Assembly: GCF_006345805.1 (NCBI RefSeq)
Contig: NC_042999.1
Coordinates: 19,530,001 to 19,594,000, forward strand
DNA: 64,000 nt
Direction: 5' to 3'
Source of the DNA: Octopus sinensis
Lineage: Eukaryota
Shown: positions 12,440 through 25,322 of the stretch, in pieces
Position numbering within the stretch: the stretch's first letter is position 1
Layout of the letters: every line of letters begins with the position of its first letter
Notes under the pieces: generated by a model
Seen by the model: the letters and a program-made list of their open reading frames with translations, nothing else
Told to the model about the DNA's origin: nothing
The model's database searches: none
Made by a program: the position numbers and the translations under genes

Positions 12440-12742
12440 TATGTTTGTTCCTTGTCGAGCCATGCCTGGCTCATAAGGGCCGGTTTCCTGGTTTCCTTGG
12501 CATATAGGTTCCCCACCTGGATGGGATACCGGTCTGTCGCAGGTGAGCTGCAAGATGCAGGAGGAAAGAGTGAGAAAAAGTTGTGGTGAAAGAGTCAGCA
12601 GAAGTTCGCCATTACCTTCTGACGGAGTCGTGTGGAGCTTAGGTGTTTCACTCATAAACACACACATTGCCCGGTCTGAGATTAGAACCTATGATACCTC
12701 GACTGCGAGTCCGCATCTCTAACCACTAGGCCATGTGCCTCC
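12440..12742 (-). mobile_element. SINE type C (tRNA-derived, V-SINE-like tail)
   Basis: Minus-strand GGAGGCACATGGCCTAGTGGTTAGAG head; tail CCCATCCAGG...GGAAACCAGGAAACCGG shared with 59677-59925. Confidence 0.7.
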
Positions 12743-12819
12743 ACTTCCATTTATGTATGTAGGTATATATACATGTATATATACATATATATATATATAT
12801 ACACTTATATATATATATA

Positions 12820-13020
12820 TAGTTAATCCAAACATGAAAACACAAAGAGGAAAACACAACACCGCGAGGATGTGGAACAAGTATAGTATTATTGGACGCT
12901 TAGGAAAGAAGGAAAGAAAGAGGGTTTAACGTTTTGAGTGGAGCTCTTTGTCAGAAACATAGGAAAAGGAAAGATCCAAAGAAGGGAAGACAGAGGAAAA
13001 AAAAATCGCCAACGGTCACA
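12820..13020 (-). mobile_element. Penelope-like pLTR fragment with decayed hammerhead (12924-12958)
   Basis: Minus strand gttt-CTGACAA-agagctccactc-AAAA-cg-TT-aaac; two G-to-A changes from the HHR core. Confidence 0.5.
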
Positions 13021-14286
13021 AAAATTTAGATTCAGTTGAATATGGTACTTAAGTTAAAGGCACCAGAATTTAGTATGGTATTATCCATATAATTCAAAAT
13101 GGGGTGATTACAATCAAAATAAGCAACAAGGATATCCAGAGGTAATGCAGTACGATCGTTTCATGCGACACCATTTAATTGAGCAATGCAAATATTACAT
13201 CAATTTTAAAATTTAGAGCAATCTTCAGCTGCATAAAAATATAGAATTTAGTTAAATTCGAAGGATTCATTTGTATAATTTTCTTATTATCCAAAATCAC
13301 AATAGTCAAAGGACATGTTTCATCAACAACATCATAGTTGTAACTGATATTTTTCCACAGGAAGACACTGCTTATCATTGATTTTATTTTGTTATTCAGA
13401 TTTACTAATGGGGTGGGTGGTCTAGTTCTAATTTATAGACTAGATTATCAAGTCTAATAGAAACTAGAATCTATCCTTTATGAATAGGGTAAAAGGACAG
13501 TTTAAATGGCAGTCATAAATCAAGATTTCTTTGAAGAAAACCATTTGGCTCAGTAAGAATATATTTCAGCCAAATTTGCAGGCTAAAGCTGATGGGGTAG
13601 AGAGAGTAAAACTTATAATACTTAACTATTTGACAACCATAAACCCAGTGTTATTTTTATATTTTTATATGTTATTTTAGAGAATTGTATTTACACACAC
13701 AAAAAATATTTTACACAATAGAGGGATGGAGAATAGAGAAATAATTCCATATTTCTATAATTTCTATACTAACTTAATATATATTTATAGTTAATCATTC
13801 AATAGTAATTTTTGGTAATAATAAGTTAAATTAAAGGAATATGTTAAAAATGTATATATTTTTTATATGCTAATAATCTTAGAGCAAATTTGTTGTATTA
13901 TAAAATAAACAGTGAAATAGTTTTATATTGGCTGAGTATGAAATTTATAGAAATATATTATAAATAAAATGATATAGTGAGTAAATAAGTAAGAAAAAGT
14001 GGTTTAAAATTAAAATAAAGAAATGAAAATGAATATAATAAAAAATAAATATAAAACTTTGTAGAATATTATAGACAAGGGGTAGAACAGATTTGTGTTC
14101 TAAAATCTTATTATAAGATATACCTACCTTATTCATATTAATAGGTAAGGTAAGTTGTTAGAAGAAATTTTTTTATAATTCTATAATTTTTAGACTAAAA
14201 TTTATATTTACTTATCATGAGAATATCTATAAATAGTGTTTAATGCCAGGTAAAGAAATGATCAAGTTATTGGGCAAAAATTATAT

Positions 14287-14697
14287 TTACTCTTTTACTT
14301 GTTTCAGTCAACTGACTGTGGCCAAGCTGGAGCACTGCCTTTAGTCGAGCAAATCGACTCCAGGACTTATTCTTTGTAAGCCTAGTACTTATTCTATCAG
14401 TTCTTTTGCTGAACCGCTAAGTTACGGGGACGTAAACACACCAGCATCGGTTGTCAAGCGATGTTGGCAGGTACAAACACAGACACACAAACATATACAC
14501 ACACACATACATATATATTATATATATATACGACAGGCTTCTTTCAGTTTCCATCTACCAAATCCACTCACAAAGCTTTGGTTGGCCCGAGACTATTAGT
14601 AAAAAATATTTGCCCAAGGTGCCATGCAATGGGACTGAACCAATAACCATATGGTTTGTAAGCAAGCTACTTACCACACAGCCACTCCTACGCCTAC
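14287..14697 (-). mobile_element. SINE type A, full length
   Basis: Head to tail match with other copies. Confidence 0.85.
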
Positions 14698-15204
14698 GGC
14701 TATATGATGATTTATAATTATTAATTGGTACTTATAAAATGTTACTTATTTATTTATAATTTATTTTTATAAAGCTTTCTAATACATACAAAGATCATGA
14801 GGGTAGAGTTGTTTTAGAGAAATAGAAACCAAGTAACTTAGATATTATTATCTATTTTTAACAGGTTTTGAATATTGATTAAGGAGATTTAGAAGATTTT
14901 TTAAAGAGATTCCCAGTAAATAAGGCATTAATTGACTCACATACCAAAATCCTTAAAATACAATAGAAGGGAGGTAACCAAAATGTAATTTTAAAAATGA
15001 AAATGCAATTATTTGTTTATATGGAGATCCTATATTTTATATTAAGAGTAAAGTATGGTTATATGGGGTATAATAATTTAGGCTTATTTAAAGGTAATAT
15101 TTATAATATCGAAAAGGATTAGGTGGAGTAGAATACTTGTAGAAATAGATGTGAAAATTACCAAATCTTTAAAACTTATAGTAGAGTAAGTATACAACTT
15201 ACAA

Positions 15205-15915
15205 TATCTGTCTCTTTTACAATCTCTTGAACAAGCCTCAAATTGTGTAGGTCTTTACCTCAATGAGTCCAAGACTGAATATGTAAACAAGTGCCTGTCC
15301 AACAGTGATTTCATCATCCATACTCTCAACAATACGCTCTTAAATATGGTTTCTGATTACAAGGATATTACATATCATCATCTGAAAAAGATTTTCTAAC
15401 TAGAAAGGGTATGGCTTGGTCAGCCTGTAATGATATGCATAAGATCTGGTCATCAAATCTAAGTAGAGATTTCAAACTTAAAATCTTCAAAGCCACAGTC
15501 GAACCAATTCTACTATATGGCTCAGAAACCTGGACGTTATCAAAGAAGCTTGAGAGGCGGTTGGATGGAACTTACACTCGCCTCCTTATGAGAGCTCAAA
15601 ATCTCTCATGGAAGCATCATCTGACCAAAGTATAAATGTATGGGGAATTACCACCTGTATCATCTCTTGTGAAAGGTAGAAGACTCCAGTTTGCTGGACA
15701 TTGTTGTAGAGCTGAAAATGAGGTAATTTCTACTGTTCTCCTCTGGAAGCCATCTACTCGCGATACCAGAGGGCGCACACTCTCCTACCCTGATGTAATC
15801 TCCAGGGATACAGGCATCCAGCAACAGGATCTCTGTAATGCTATGATGGACCATGAAGTCTGGCGTAGCATGGTAAATTCCATTGTCTCGACCACGGTCA
15901 AACAATGATGATGAT
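15205..15915 (+). pseudogene. Second RTE-like LINE family, C-terminal ORF remnant with (TGA)n tail
   Basis: ILLYGSETWTL, RRLQFAGHC motifs; in-frame stop at 15633-15635; stop codon runs directly into TGATGATGA. Confidence 0.85.
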
Positions 15916-15929
15916 ACAACTTAATAACT

Positions 15930-16795
15930 TCATCATCATCATCATCGTTTAGCATCCGCTTTCCATGCTAGCATGGGTTGGATGGTTCAACTGGGGTGTG
16001 GGAAGCCAGAAGGCTGCATCAGGCCCAGTCTGATCTGGCAATGTTTCTACAGATGGATGTCCTTCCTAATGCCAACCACTCCGTGAGTGTAGTGGGTGCT
16101 TTTTACGTGCCACCAGCACGGGGGCCAGGCGAGGCTGGCAATGGCCACGAACGGTTGGTGCTTTTTACGTGCCACCGGCACTAGGCCAGTCAGGGTGGCA
16201 CTGGCAACGTCCACGTTCAGATGGTTCTCTTACGTACCACCGGCACTGGTATCACAGCTGCAATTTCCATTGATATTGATCGATTTCGATTCTCACTTAT
16301 CTCAACAGGTCTTCACGAGTAGAGTTTTGAGTCCCCAGAAGGAAAGGTATGCATAAGTGGACTGGCACATCCTGGGTTATGGTCTCACTTGTCCTGCCGG
16401 GTTTTCTCGCACACAGCACACTTCCAGAGGTCTCGGTCTCTAGTCATTTCCTCAGTGAGACCTAAAGTTTGAAGGTCATGCTTCACCACCTCGTCCTAGG
16501 TTTCCCTGGGTCTGCCTCTTCCACAGATTCCCTCAACCACTAGGGTATGGCACTTTTTCACCCAACTATCTTCATCCATTCTCGCCACTTGACCATACCA
16601 GTGCAAACGTCTCTCTTGCACACCACAATTGATGCTTCTTAGGTCCAGCTTTTCTCTCAAGGTACTTACACTCTGTCGAGTATGAACACTGACATTACAC
16701 ATCCAGCGGAGCATACTGGCTTCATTTCTTGCGAGCTTACACATATCCTCAGCAGTCACAGCCCATGTTTCACTGCCATGTAGCATGGCTGTTCA
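15930..16795 (-). mobile_element. 5'-truncated RTE LINE (same family as 8091-10622)
   Basis: ORF 16496-16786 MLHGSETWAVTAEDM...GRGRP; same 3' UTR and (GAT)n tail. Confidence 0.9.
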
Positions 16796-17369
16796 TTAGA
16801 TATATAAAAGTTCAACAATAATTCTTCTGCAGTCACTTAATACAAAGACAATTTGGTGTACATAGGGCCTTATTTTTCGTACAAATAATTATTTGTAGTA
16901 TCTGGTATGTAACTAAACTCCTGTTTGTAATTTGAAGCGAAATTACACCACTGTCACTAAACACTATTTTAAAGTGCAATTTTTATGGTTCAGAATTGCT
17001 TTAAATGTATTTGACCATAAAGATGCTTGAAATTTAGTGTTTTTTGATATTTTTTAAGGTAATAATAAAATTAGTCATATCTATTTCCATGAAGTCAGAG
17101 TGCGCTAAGTTTCCATGGCTCCGACATCCAGCAGCATGAAAATAGGTCCTAGAAATTTTATTAGTATATGAAAAAATACTAAATTTCCAACATTTTTACG
17201 GTAGAGAGTTACAAGAGGTAATATTTTATTCTTTATAACAAACACTTAGGCTTTAACACAGAAGGAACAATACAAGGACAGATACAACACCTCAGTGGGG
17301 ACAAAAACATAAAACGGATGACATGAAATGTATAAAATGAACAAAATGATATTGTCCTCATCTTGTTTG

Positions 17370-18070
17370 TTGATGAAAAAGCAAAGTTGACTTCAGCAGT
17401 ATTTGAACTCAGAACGTAAAGACTTGAAATACCGCTAAGCATTTGATCCGATGTGCTAACGTTTCTGCCAGCTCACTGCCTTAAATATTCTTTTCTACTC
17501 TAGTGCAAGGCCTGAAATTTTGGGGGAGGGGGCTAGTCGATTAGATCAACCTAAGTATGCAACTGGTACTTAATTTATCGACCCTGAAAGGATGAAAGGC
17601 TAAGTTGACTTCCACAGTATTTGAACTCAGAATGTAAAGACAGACGAAATACTTATTTCTTTACTACCCACAAGGGGCTAAACACAGAGAAGACAAACAA
17701 GGACAGACAAATGGATTAAGTCGATTATATCGACCCAAGTGCGTAACTGGTACTTATATAATGGACCCTGAAAGGATGAAAAGCAAAGTCAACCTCGGCG
17801 GAATTTGAACTCAGAACGTAGTGGCAGATGAAATACTGCTAAGCATTTCGCCTGGCATGCTAAAGTTTCCGCTAGCTCACCACCTTAAATTTTCTTTTCT
17901 ACTCTAGGCACAAGGCCTGAAACTTTTGGGAAGGGGACCAGTCAATTAGATCAACCCGAGTACATAACTGACACAACTGGTACTTAATTTATCAACCCTG
18001 AAAGGATAAAAGGCAAAGTCGACCTCAGCAGTATTTGAACTCGGAACACAAAGACAGACAAAATACCAGT
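17370..18070 (-). mobile_element. Head-to-tail cluster of about four SINE type B copies
   Basis: TTTGAACTC(A/G)GAA recurs near 17402, 17620, 17803, 18034. Confidence 0.8.
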
Positions 18071-18434
18071 ATTAATATTGGTTGTTTTCGATATTATTGC
18101 AAACACATTATTTGTTCAACATATTCTCCTTAACAAATTATTGTTTGCAGCTGTTCTGACTGCATCCAATCAGTTCAAATGTAAAATGTTATAATGTAAT
18201 GAGAATTGTCAAGCCCTCCTGACTGAGATTTTATATACAAATTAATCACAGCGAGCTTCTTAATAAATTCCATTTCGTTCAGCTAGTTTCGATGTAGAGT
18301 TGGAGAATAGCTTAACTGATGGTTTATCTATTATGACTGTTTGCTTACATGTCTGTGATGGTTAATACCAGATTGAACGGCAGTCCTGTGGCTAGGGGAT
18401 TATTCTTCAGCAATGACATGTCGTTGTCACTGGC

Positions 18435-18975
18435 ATCATCATCATCATCATCATCATTACCATCTTCATCATCATTACCATCTTCATCATCATCATCATC
18501 ATCACAATCATCTTCTTCTTCATCATCATCATCATCATTGTTTAGCATCCGCTTTTCATGCTGGCATGGGTTGGAGGATTTGACTGAGGACTGGTGAACC
18601 AGATGGCTGCACCAGGCTCCAAATCTGATCTGGCAGAGTTTCTACAGCTGGATGCTCTTCCTAACGCCAACCACTCCGAGAATGTAGTGGGTGCTTTTAT
18701 GTACCATCGGCACAAGGGCCAGTCAGGCGGTACTGGCAACAGCGATGCTCAAATGGTGTTTTTTATGTGCCACCTGCACAGGAGGCAGTCCAGCGTCACT
18801 GGTAACAACCTCGGTCGAATGTCTTTTTCATGTGCCACTGGCACAAGTGCCAGTAAGGCGATGCTGGTAATATTCACACTCGAATGGTGCTTTTTACGTG
18901 CCACTGACACAGAAGCCTGTTAGCTGCTCTAGCAACGATCACGCTTGGATAGTGCTCTTAGCGCTCCATCATTTC
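18435..18975 (-). mobile_element. RTE 3' UTR fragment with expanded (GAT)n tail
   Basis: Terminal sequence plus about 4 tandem units. Confidence 0.8.
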
Positions 18976-19149
18976 CGTCTTCATCATCATTACTATCTTC
19001 ATCATCATCATCATCAACATCGGCAGCATCATCGTCACCATCTTCATTCATTCTCATCCTCATCATCATTATAATCATAATCGTCATTATCATCACCATC
19101 ATCACGTGTACTTTTCTATGCTTGCATAGTTCAAGATAAACGTACGTTT

Positions 19150-19471
19150 TTTGGTGGTGGTGGTAATGATGATGATGATGATGATAATGACAACAACAAG
19201 AACTGTGGTGGTGGCAGCGGCGGTGGTGGTTGCAGCAGTGGTGGCGGTTGTGGTGGTGGTGGTGGAAGTGGTTGTGGTGGTGGTGGTGGCAGTGGTTGTG
19301 GTGGTGGTGGTGGCGGTGGTGGTGGTGGTGGCAGTGGTTGTGGTGGTGGCAGTGGTGGTGGGTGTTGCAGCAGTGGTGGTGGTGGTGGTGGTGATAATGA
19401 TGATAATGATGATGATGATGATGATGACGACGACGACGATTATGATGATGATGATGATGATGATGATGGTA

Positions 19472-19503
<32 letters not shown>

Positions 19504-19582
19504 ATTGATGTTTATGATGAAGAGGAGGAGAAGGAGGAAGAGGAGAAGAAGGAAGAGGTGAAGGAGGAAGAAGAGGAGGATG
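19150..19582. repeat. (GGT)n/(GAT)n/(GGA)n compound microsatellite
   Basis: Directly visible. Confidence 0.93.
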
Positions 19583-20559
19583 ACTGCTAAACCATACATG
19601 TTCTAGTTCTGGACTGCCTCAAACCCTAATGGATGATTGTGACAGAGCTTCAACTCAGAAACCAAAAGCAGCACATTAGATATTCGTAAAGAAATCTGTC
19701 AGATAACTTTAATGATTGCCAATGCACTGTCAACAAATTCATGCATCAAAAGATCTGCTGAGTTGTATGTTTTTGTCATACGACGTAATTTGTGGTAAAA
19801 TTAACCATTAAAATTGAAGAAGCAAGTCGAAAATATTTCAATGGTTTCATGAAAAGAAAGAATAAAAAAATTGACTTAGCAAATGACAGCTGAAAATTAG
19901 CTTTAAATGGCAACTAACCAGAGCAAAGTTGTTCACTGAAGATTACATAAGTGGATCATTGAGTAGAACAATTTCTCTACTATTAGAAGTCTTAACAGTT
20001 GAAAAAAAATACAAGTGTTTCAGACATTGGTATTTACAGGAACTTTCAGACAAAAAAAATTTCTTTCGATACATATTTATGTAGAAATTTGTAAAAAATG
20101 GTGGAAAGCAGATGCTAAACGTTGATCTTATGCAATCAAATGTAATTCATACGTCACCAAAATTGTGATACTAATTTTTAAATTTTATTTCATTTTGTTT
20201 TATATTTCTATAGAAGTCTTTAATTGTTAGCAATTTAATTATGAATAATGTTGAAAACAATTTTTTTTTGTTAATTGGAAACAGTAAAAACAATAAAGGA
20301 GACATTTCAACAATTGAATAATAATAAATTTACAATATCAGATAAAAAAAAAAAGGTTTTAAATATGGCTGCCGTTACTTCTAATTTGATATTTGCCTTC
20401 TTTCTGACTATAGTAAAATTTTGACCGTGCATGTTCTTTTCTTTTTTGCTTTGCTTTTATTACCAAACAGATATTTTCATTTGTATGTTAAGTAATGCTT
20501 GAAGACAATTATATATTAAAACTGCATAAAAGAATAAAACAACCCATGACATTGATAAT

Positions 20560-20690
20560 AACCCTTTTTACTAAAGGCACAAGGCCTGAAATTTGGCCGG
20601 AGGAGACTAGTTGATTACATACACCCCAGTGTTTCAATGGTATTTAATTCAATGGTTTAATCGACTCTGAAAAGATGAAAGGCAAAGTTT
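20560..20690 (-). mobile_element. SINE type B 3' part
   Basis: GGCACAAGGCCTGAAATTT...GATGAAAGGCAAAGT. Confidence 0.6.
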
Positions 20691-20825
20691 GCATTTTCAC
20701 GCTTTTTTGTTTTTTCTTAAAATCTGGTACATTTTCAATAGGATTTTTTTTTTGCTGATGTAAACAAGCCAACATCAGTTACCAACCAGTGGTGTAGGAC
20801 GAACAAAGACACACCACACACACAC

Positions 20826-20864
<39 letters not shown>

Positions 20865-21392
20865 CACACACACACACACACACACTCATTAATATAGTTT
20901 TCTTTTAGGGGTTGAACTTAAAGTAGATAAAGCTATAGACAATAGAGTATAAATATGGTGTTAAAGAACCTTTTGGAGCCATCTTCAACATTTTCTATCT
21001 GAAAGGTTTTTTAACCAGATATTGGCATGCTTTTATTTATAACACTGTTAAACTATGATTTCTACCATTAGAAATGAATTATTTTATGTTCTCTCAAATT
21101 TTCTAAATTTTTATGATGTAAGCAATATATATAACTATAGATGTATGCATGTGTGTGTGTATATATATATAAAGTATGGGGGTTTAGTTCATAGGTGATC
21201 TAAACAATTAGGTACACAAGGTAAGTGCTGTAACAGATTACTAGGGCTTCAAGGTTATAGCTAAGATAGTAGTTATGTAGCCATTAAAGATTTCCAATGC
21301 AGTGAATATATAATTGTTAAAGAGGGAAGCAAACGTTAAGGCAAAGCAAACATCTTAATTCATATACATTATTATTATTGGAAAAATTCAAA

Positions 21393-21448
21393 GTCTTACA
21401 GCTGTTTCTGGGATATACCAGAGTATGGGATATTCCATCATCAGAGAC
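21393..21448 (-). ncRNA. Type I hammerhead ribozyme motif, complete core
   Basis: Minus strand gtct-CTGATGA-tggaatatcccatactctggtatatccca-GAAA-cagctg-TA-agac; helix I GUCU/AGAC, long helix II, palindromic helix III, GUA triplet. Confidence 0.8.
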
Positions 21449-21511
21449 AAATATTTTTCCCTAAACTCGGAAATATACCAGGTATACCTGGACATCCTTG
21501 TTACTTATTTA

Positions 21512-21554
<43 letters not shown>

Positions 21555-21557
<3 letters not shown>

Positions 21558-21790
21558 GGGAGAAGTTACGAAAAAACAAAACATGAAGACAGGTGGTGTA
21601 GACAACAAACAGATGTAATAATTTAACGCTCAGGAAGTGAAAAAGTCTTTAACTTTTCAAGCCTACCTTCTTCCACAGAAATGAACACAGAAATAAACAA
21701 TGAGAGAAAATAAAGCGTGTGTAGTGGCTAGTAGTCTATCATGCTGAATGCTGGACAGAAGGGTCACACAGAAGAGCTAGGAAGAAGGGG
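21555..21790 (-). mobile_element. Penelope-like pLTR fragment with decayed HHR (21647-21681)
   Basis: ttt-CTGTGGA-agaaggtaggctt-GAAA-ag-TT-aaa; layout resembles 12820-13020; flanked by (TA)n. Confidence 0.4.
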
Positions 21791-21810
21791 ATGGTTATAT
21801 ATATATGTAT

Positions 21811-21858
21811 GTCTCTGATGAAGGGATATCCATAATATCTCAGAAACAGCTGTAAGTA
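21811..21858 (+). ncRNA. Type I hammerhead motif, core intact, helix I weakened
   Basis: gtct-CTGATGA-agggatat..atatctca-GAAA-cagctg-TA-agta. Confidence 0.65.
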
Positions 21859-22363
21859 TATTTATATCTTTTTCCTTATAAATGTCCTGCAAACTCCTCA
21901 CAGCCTTCGCTTTCTTATTTCATTTTGTCTGAACCCACAAGCATAAACAAGAGAGACAGAAACAGGTGGAAACAAGTAAAATGCCCCTTGTATTTGAATA
22001 CTATGCAAATATTCTTTAAAAAAAACTTTTCTTTTAATTTTTCAAAAATTTAATTGTTTTCAATACTTACAGTTGACAAGTTTCAATGACTGAAACCGGT
22101 ACTGAAATGTGTTTTATGACAAAATTATTTTTGTAATTTCTATCTTGACTTTTGCTCCTTCTACATATCAACTCATGTGTTCCTTTTCAACCTTCTACAT
22201 ATATATATATATATATATATATATACCATTCTGCCTTAAAAAATGGATTTACAACATCAATATCCCTGCATATCTTGCACTTGCATCTATTTTCTTTCCT
22301 CCACCTCATTCTCTATTTTGAATCACATCTAAACTAACTGTGACTTAACCATCCTCTCACACC

Positions 22364-22415
22364 ATCTCCGATGAAGGGATATAATTAATAAATATCCTAG
22401 AAACAGCTGTAAGAC
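22364..22415 (+). ncRNA. Type I hammerhead motif with U4C core mutation
   Basis: atct-CCGATGA-agggatat..atatccta-GAAA-cagctg-TA-agac. Confidence 0.6.
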
Positions 22416-22519
22416 CTTCTATCTATAAATGTTCTAATATCTACACAGTCTTGGTTTTTTTATCTCATTATGCAAAAAATTCTCATATATATATATAGAT
22501 AGATAGTTAGATAGATATA

Positions 22520-22686
22520 TACAATGGACCTCCACACAGTTTCAGTACATTAAATTCACTCAGAAAGAATTAGTTGGCCCAGCACTGTAGCAAAAGTTAT
22601 GAGACCAAGGTGCTGTGAAGCAGGACTGAACCTAAAACCAACATGTTTACCAAGCAGTCTTCTTAATCACACAGCCATGCCTGCAC
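22520..22686 (-). mobile_element. Diverged SINE type A head
   Basis: CACACAGCCATGCCTGCAC and GGACTGAACC. Confidence 0.55.
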
Positions 22687-23484
22687 ATAAACATTACCAA
22701 TTTCCATTCGATTCTACCCCAATTCGAAATGTTCTCGCTACAGGAAGAATGATGAACATTTTATATAATATTTTCACAAGTTTATGTAACGCAAATACTT
22801 TCAAATTCTATCCAAAATATATTTATTGTCTTAATTACTACAATTTCAGATAAATATGCTTAGATTTATTTAATAAATAATAGTCATTAAATTTTTTTTT
22901 AATTTCTTTTGTAGTTTAGTAAGTTTTTCTAAAGTTGATAAAAATACAATTAAAACTTGTTTACACTTGTTTTGTTCAGCAGAAAACAAGAGCAGAGTAA
23001 ACAAGTTTTATTATAATTTGACAACTTTAGAAAATCTACCAAACAACAAAAGGAAATGTTTGTATTTAATATTTATTAATATTTTATTTAAAGTTTATTA
23101 CATAAATTTGAGCATATTTATCTACAATCATTGTTGTAGACACACACACACACACACAAAAACAAACAAACGCACACGTATATTTATATCTGTGTGTGTA
23201 TGCGTGTGCTTTTGTATGTACACGCATACTCACACAGATACATGCACACTCCTTGAACAATTCAACACTCATGATTTTTCTATTTTGTCATCATGCTGTA
23301 ATCCTCTTCTCCTCTCCCACTCTTCATCTCTCTCTCTCTCTCTCTCTCGCTTGCTGTGTCTGTATGTCTGTCAGTCTATCTGCTAGTCTCTCTTTCTCAC
23401 CCTCTCTTGCCCTTTGCCTTTTACTCTGAACCTAGATCAAAACCTCCTTCATTGGAATTTCAACATCAACAACAGGGTATTTTG

Positions 23485-23541
23485 TATGTATGTATGTATG
23501 TTGTATGTATGTATGTATCTATGTATCTATCTATCTATCTA

Positions 23542-23621
<80 letters not shown>

Positions 23622-23624
23622 AAA

Positions 23625-23663
<39 letters not shown>

Positions 23664-23665
23664 CG
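23485..23665. repeat. (TATG)n/(TATC)n/(TA)n microsatellite
   Basis: Directly visible. Confidence 0.92.
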
Positions 23666-23824
23666 ATCTCTATTGATCATTCTTATGTTTTTTTCTTTTT
23701 TTCCCTTTCCTTTTTACGATCCCTTTTGATTGTAAACCCACCCCAATTTTTTTCTCCCCAAAAAGAAAAGCTCTCCTTTGTAATTTGTCCTGTCTGTATT
23801 CAGCTCTGTGAGGCTAATAAAGAA

Positions 23825-24245
23825 ACATATCTATGTGCAGATTTGTATGTTTTATGTATGTATTCTCATGCATATAGTTGCATATCTAGACATGCTCATG
23901 TATATTTAAATGATAAGCCTCTAGAGAGTTTTACAGATTTTTACAGTTCCAATGATGGATTGGATCTGTCGACTTCGAATTAACTTACCCCTTTCTGGTT
24001 CTGAGAAGCCTAATTTCTCAAGATTGGTATTTAAGGCAGTGTGTTACATACTCCAGGGCCCCAATAATTACAGGTATAAGCCTAAACTTGTAATCTGGAT
24101 AGAGTAACTGCAGATTTCTCAATAGTTCATAGGTATTCTCTTTTTCACCGTTCTTCCGCTTTATATTAATATCTGCTGGGCAGCTAATTTCCACAATTGG
24201 GCACAGTTTCTCTTGTCTATTCCAAATCATTATATCAGGTTTGTT
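23825..24245 (-). pseudogene. CRE/NeSL-like LINE restriction-like endonuclease C-terminal remnant
   Basis: MIWNRQEKLCPIVEISCPAD..EKENTY..IPVIIGAL then, after a frameshift, LEKLGF..IQSIIGTVKICKTL. Confidence 0.65.
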
Positions 24246-24439
24246 GTGCTTACATTTTATTTAGTTCAAGTATATATGTATGCATGTATGTGCGCATACA
24301 CATACACACACAAATATATATAGAATTGTTTCTTCATAGGAAATGCAGAGCTAGGTTTTATGCTAATTTGAGGATGTCTTTCAACTGAACTCAGCACAAG
24401 TGTATTTTTAAAGAATCCTGCACAATTCCTTAATAATAA

Positions 24440-24625
24440 TACTTTCTCTTATAGGTAACAAGGCCTGAAATTGTAAGGGAGGGGACTAGTCAATTAGATC
24501 GACCCCAGTGTTTCACTGGTACTTAATTTATAGACTCTGAAAGGATGAAAGCAAAGTCCACCTCGGAAGAATTTGAACTGAGAACATGGTGAAATACCGC
24601 TAAACATTCCATCCAAGCTTGTCAC
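24440..24625 (-). mobile_element. SINE type B
   Basis: Core and B box recognisable. Confidence 0.7.
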
Positions 24626-24692
24626 CTTAGCAATAATAATAAGAAGAATAATGATGATAATAATGAGGATGATAATAATAATAATAATAATG

Positions 24693-24750
<58 letters not shown>

Positions 24751-24752
<2 letters not shown>

Positions 24753-25310
24753 GCCCTGATGCAGTACAAGGCAGTGGCTCTCATGGCTTCTGATCTTAAT
24801 TGATTGGAAGTGTTATCATGTACATTTTTTTGTCTTGGTATAAAAGATGGGCTACAGCAAATATTCTGCTCAATACCACAGATTTGCTTGTCAGTTGTTT
24901 GACCTTAACCAGTTGAGCATGTCCCTTAGTGGCTGACGATATGTGCATCTCTGATCACGAGCAGAAGTAGTGGGGGAGCATCATGACCATGTGTTGGGGG
25001 GGGGATTCTTTGGGGTTTGAATAATTCACCTCTGGAAACATGGGTGGTTCTTTCAACATCCTTAAACAACCCTTATTCAGAGACCTTTTGAGCGGGATGG
25101 GCTACTCAACCTGAAGAAAATTCTAACTGGGCCCCACCTGCAAGGTCATGTGCTGTTTATCTTGATATGAGATCACCATGTCGAGAACATATGGTTGTGA
25201 TGCAAGTGCCTGGTGTACCTTTATCAGACGGGTAGTCATGATGGGTATATTGGGCTTCGTATATTTTACCCCAGTGTCACTTTGATAGCATGCACTGCTC
25301 TCTCACTCAA
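24751..25310 (+). mobile_element. About 560-bp non-coding element flanked by (TAA)n
   Basis: Begins GCCCTGATGCAGTAC, ends CTCTCTCACTCAA; second full copy at 51078-51625 with the same ends. Confidence 0.7.
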
Positions 25311-25322
25311 TAATAATAATAA

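Noticed and set aside
18345-18430. Possible minus-strand exon ending at GTAAGC
   Set aside because: No convincing acceptor and unrecognisable peptide.
24753-24815. Hammerhead at the 5' end of the TAA-flanked element (CCCTGATGC)
   Set aside because: Core reads CUGAUGC with no GAAA box or supporting helices.
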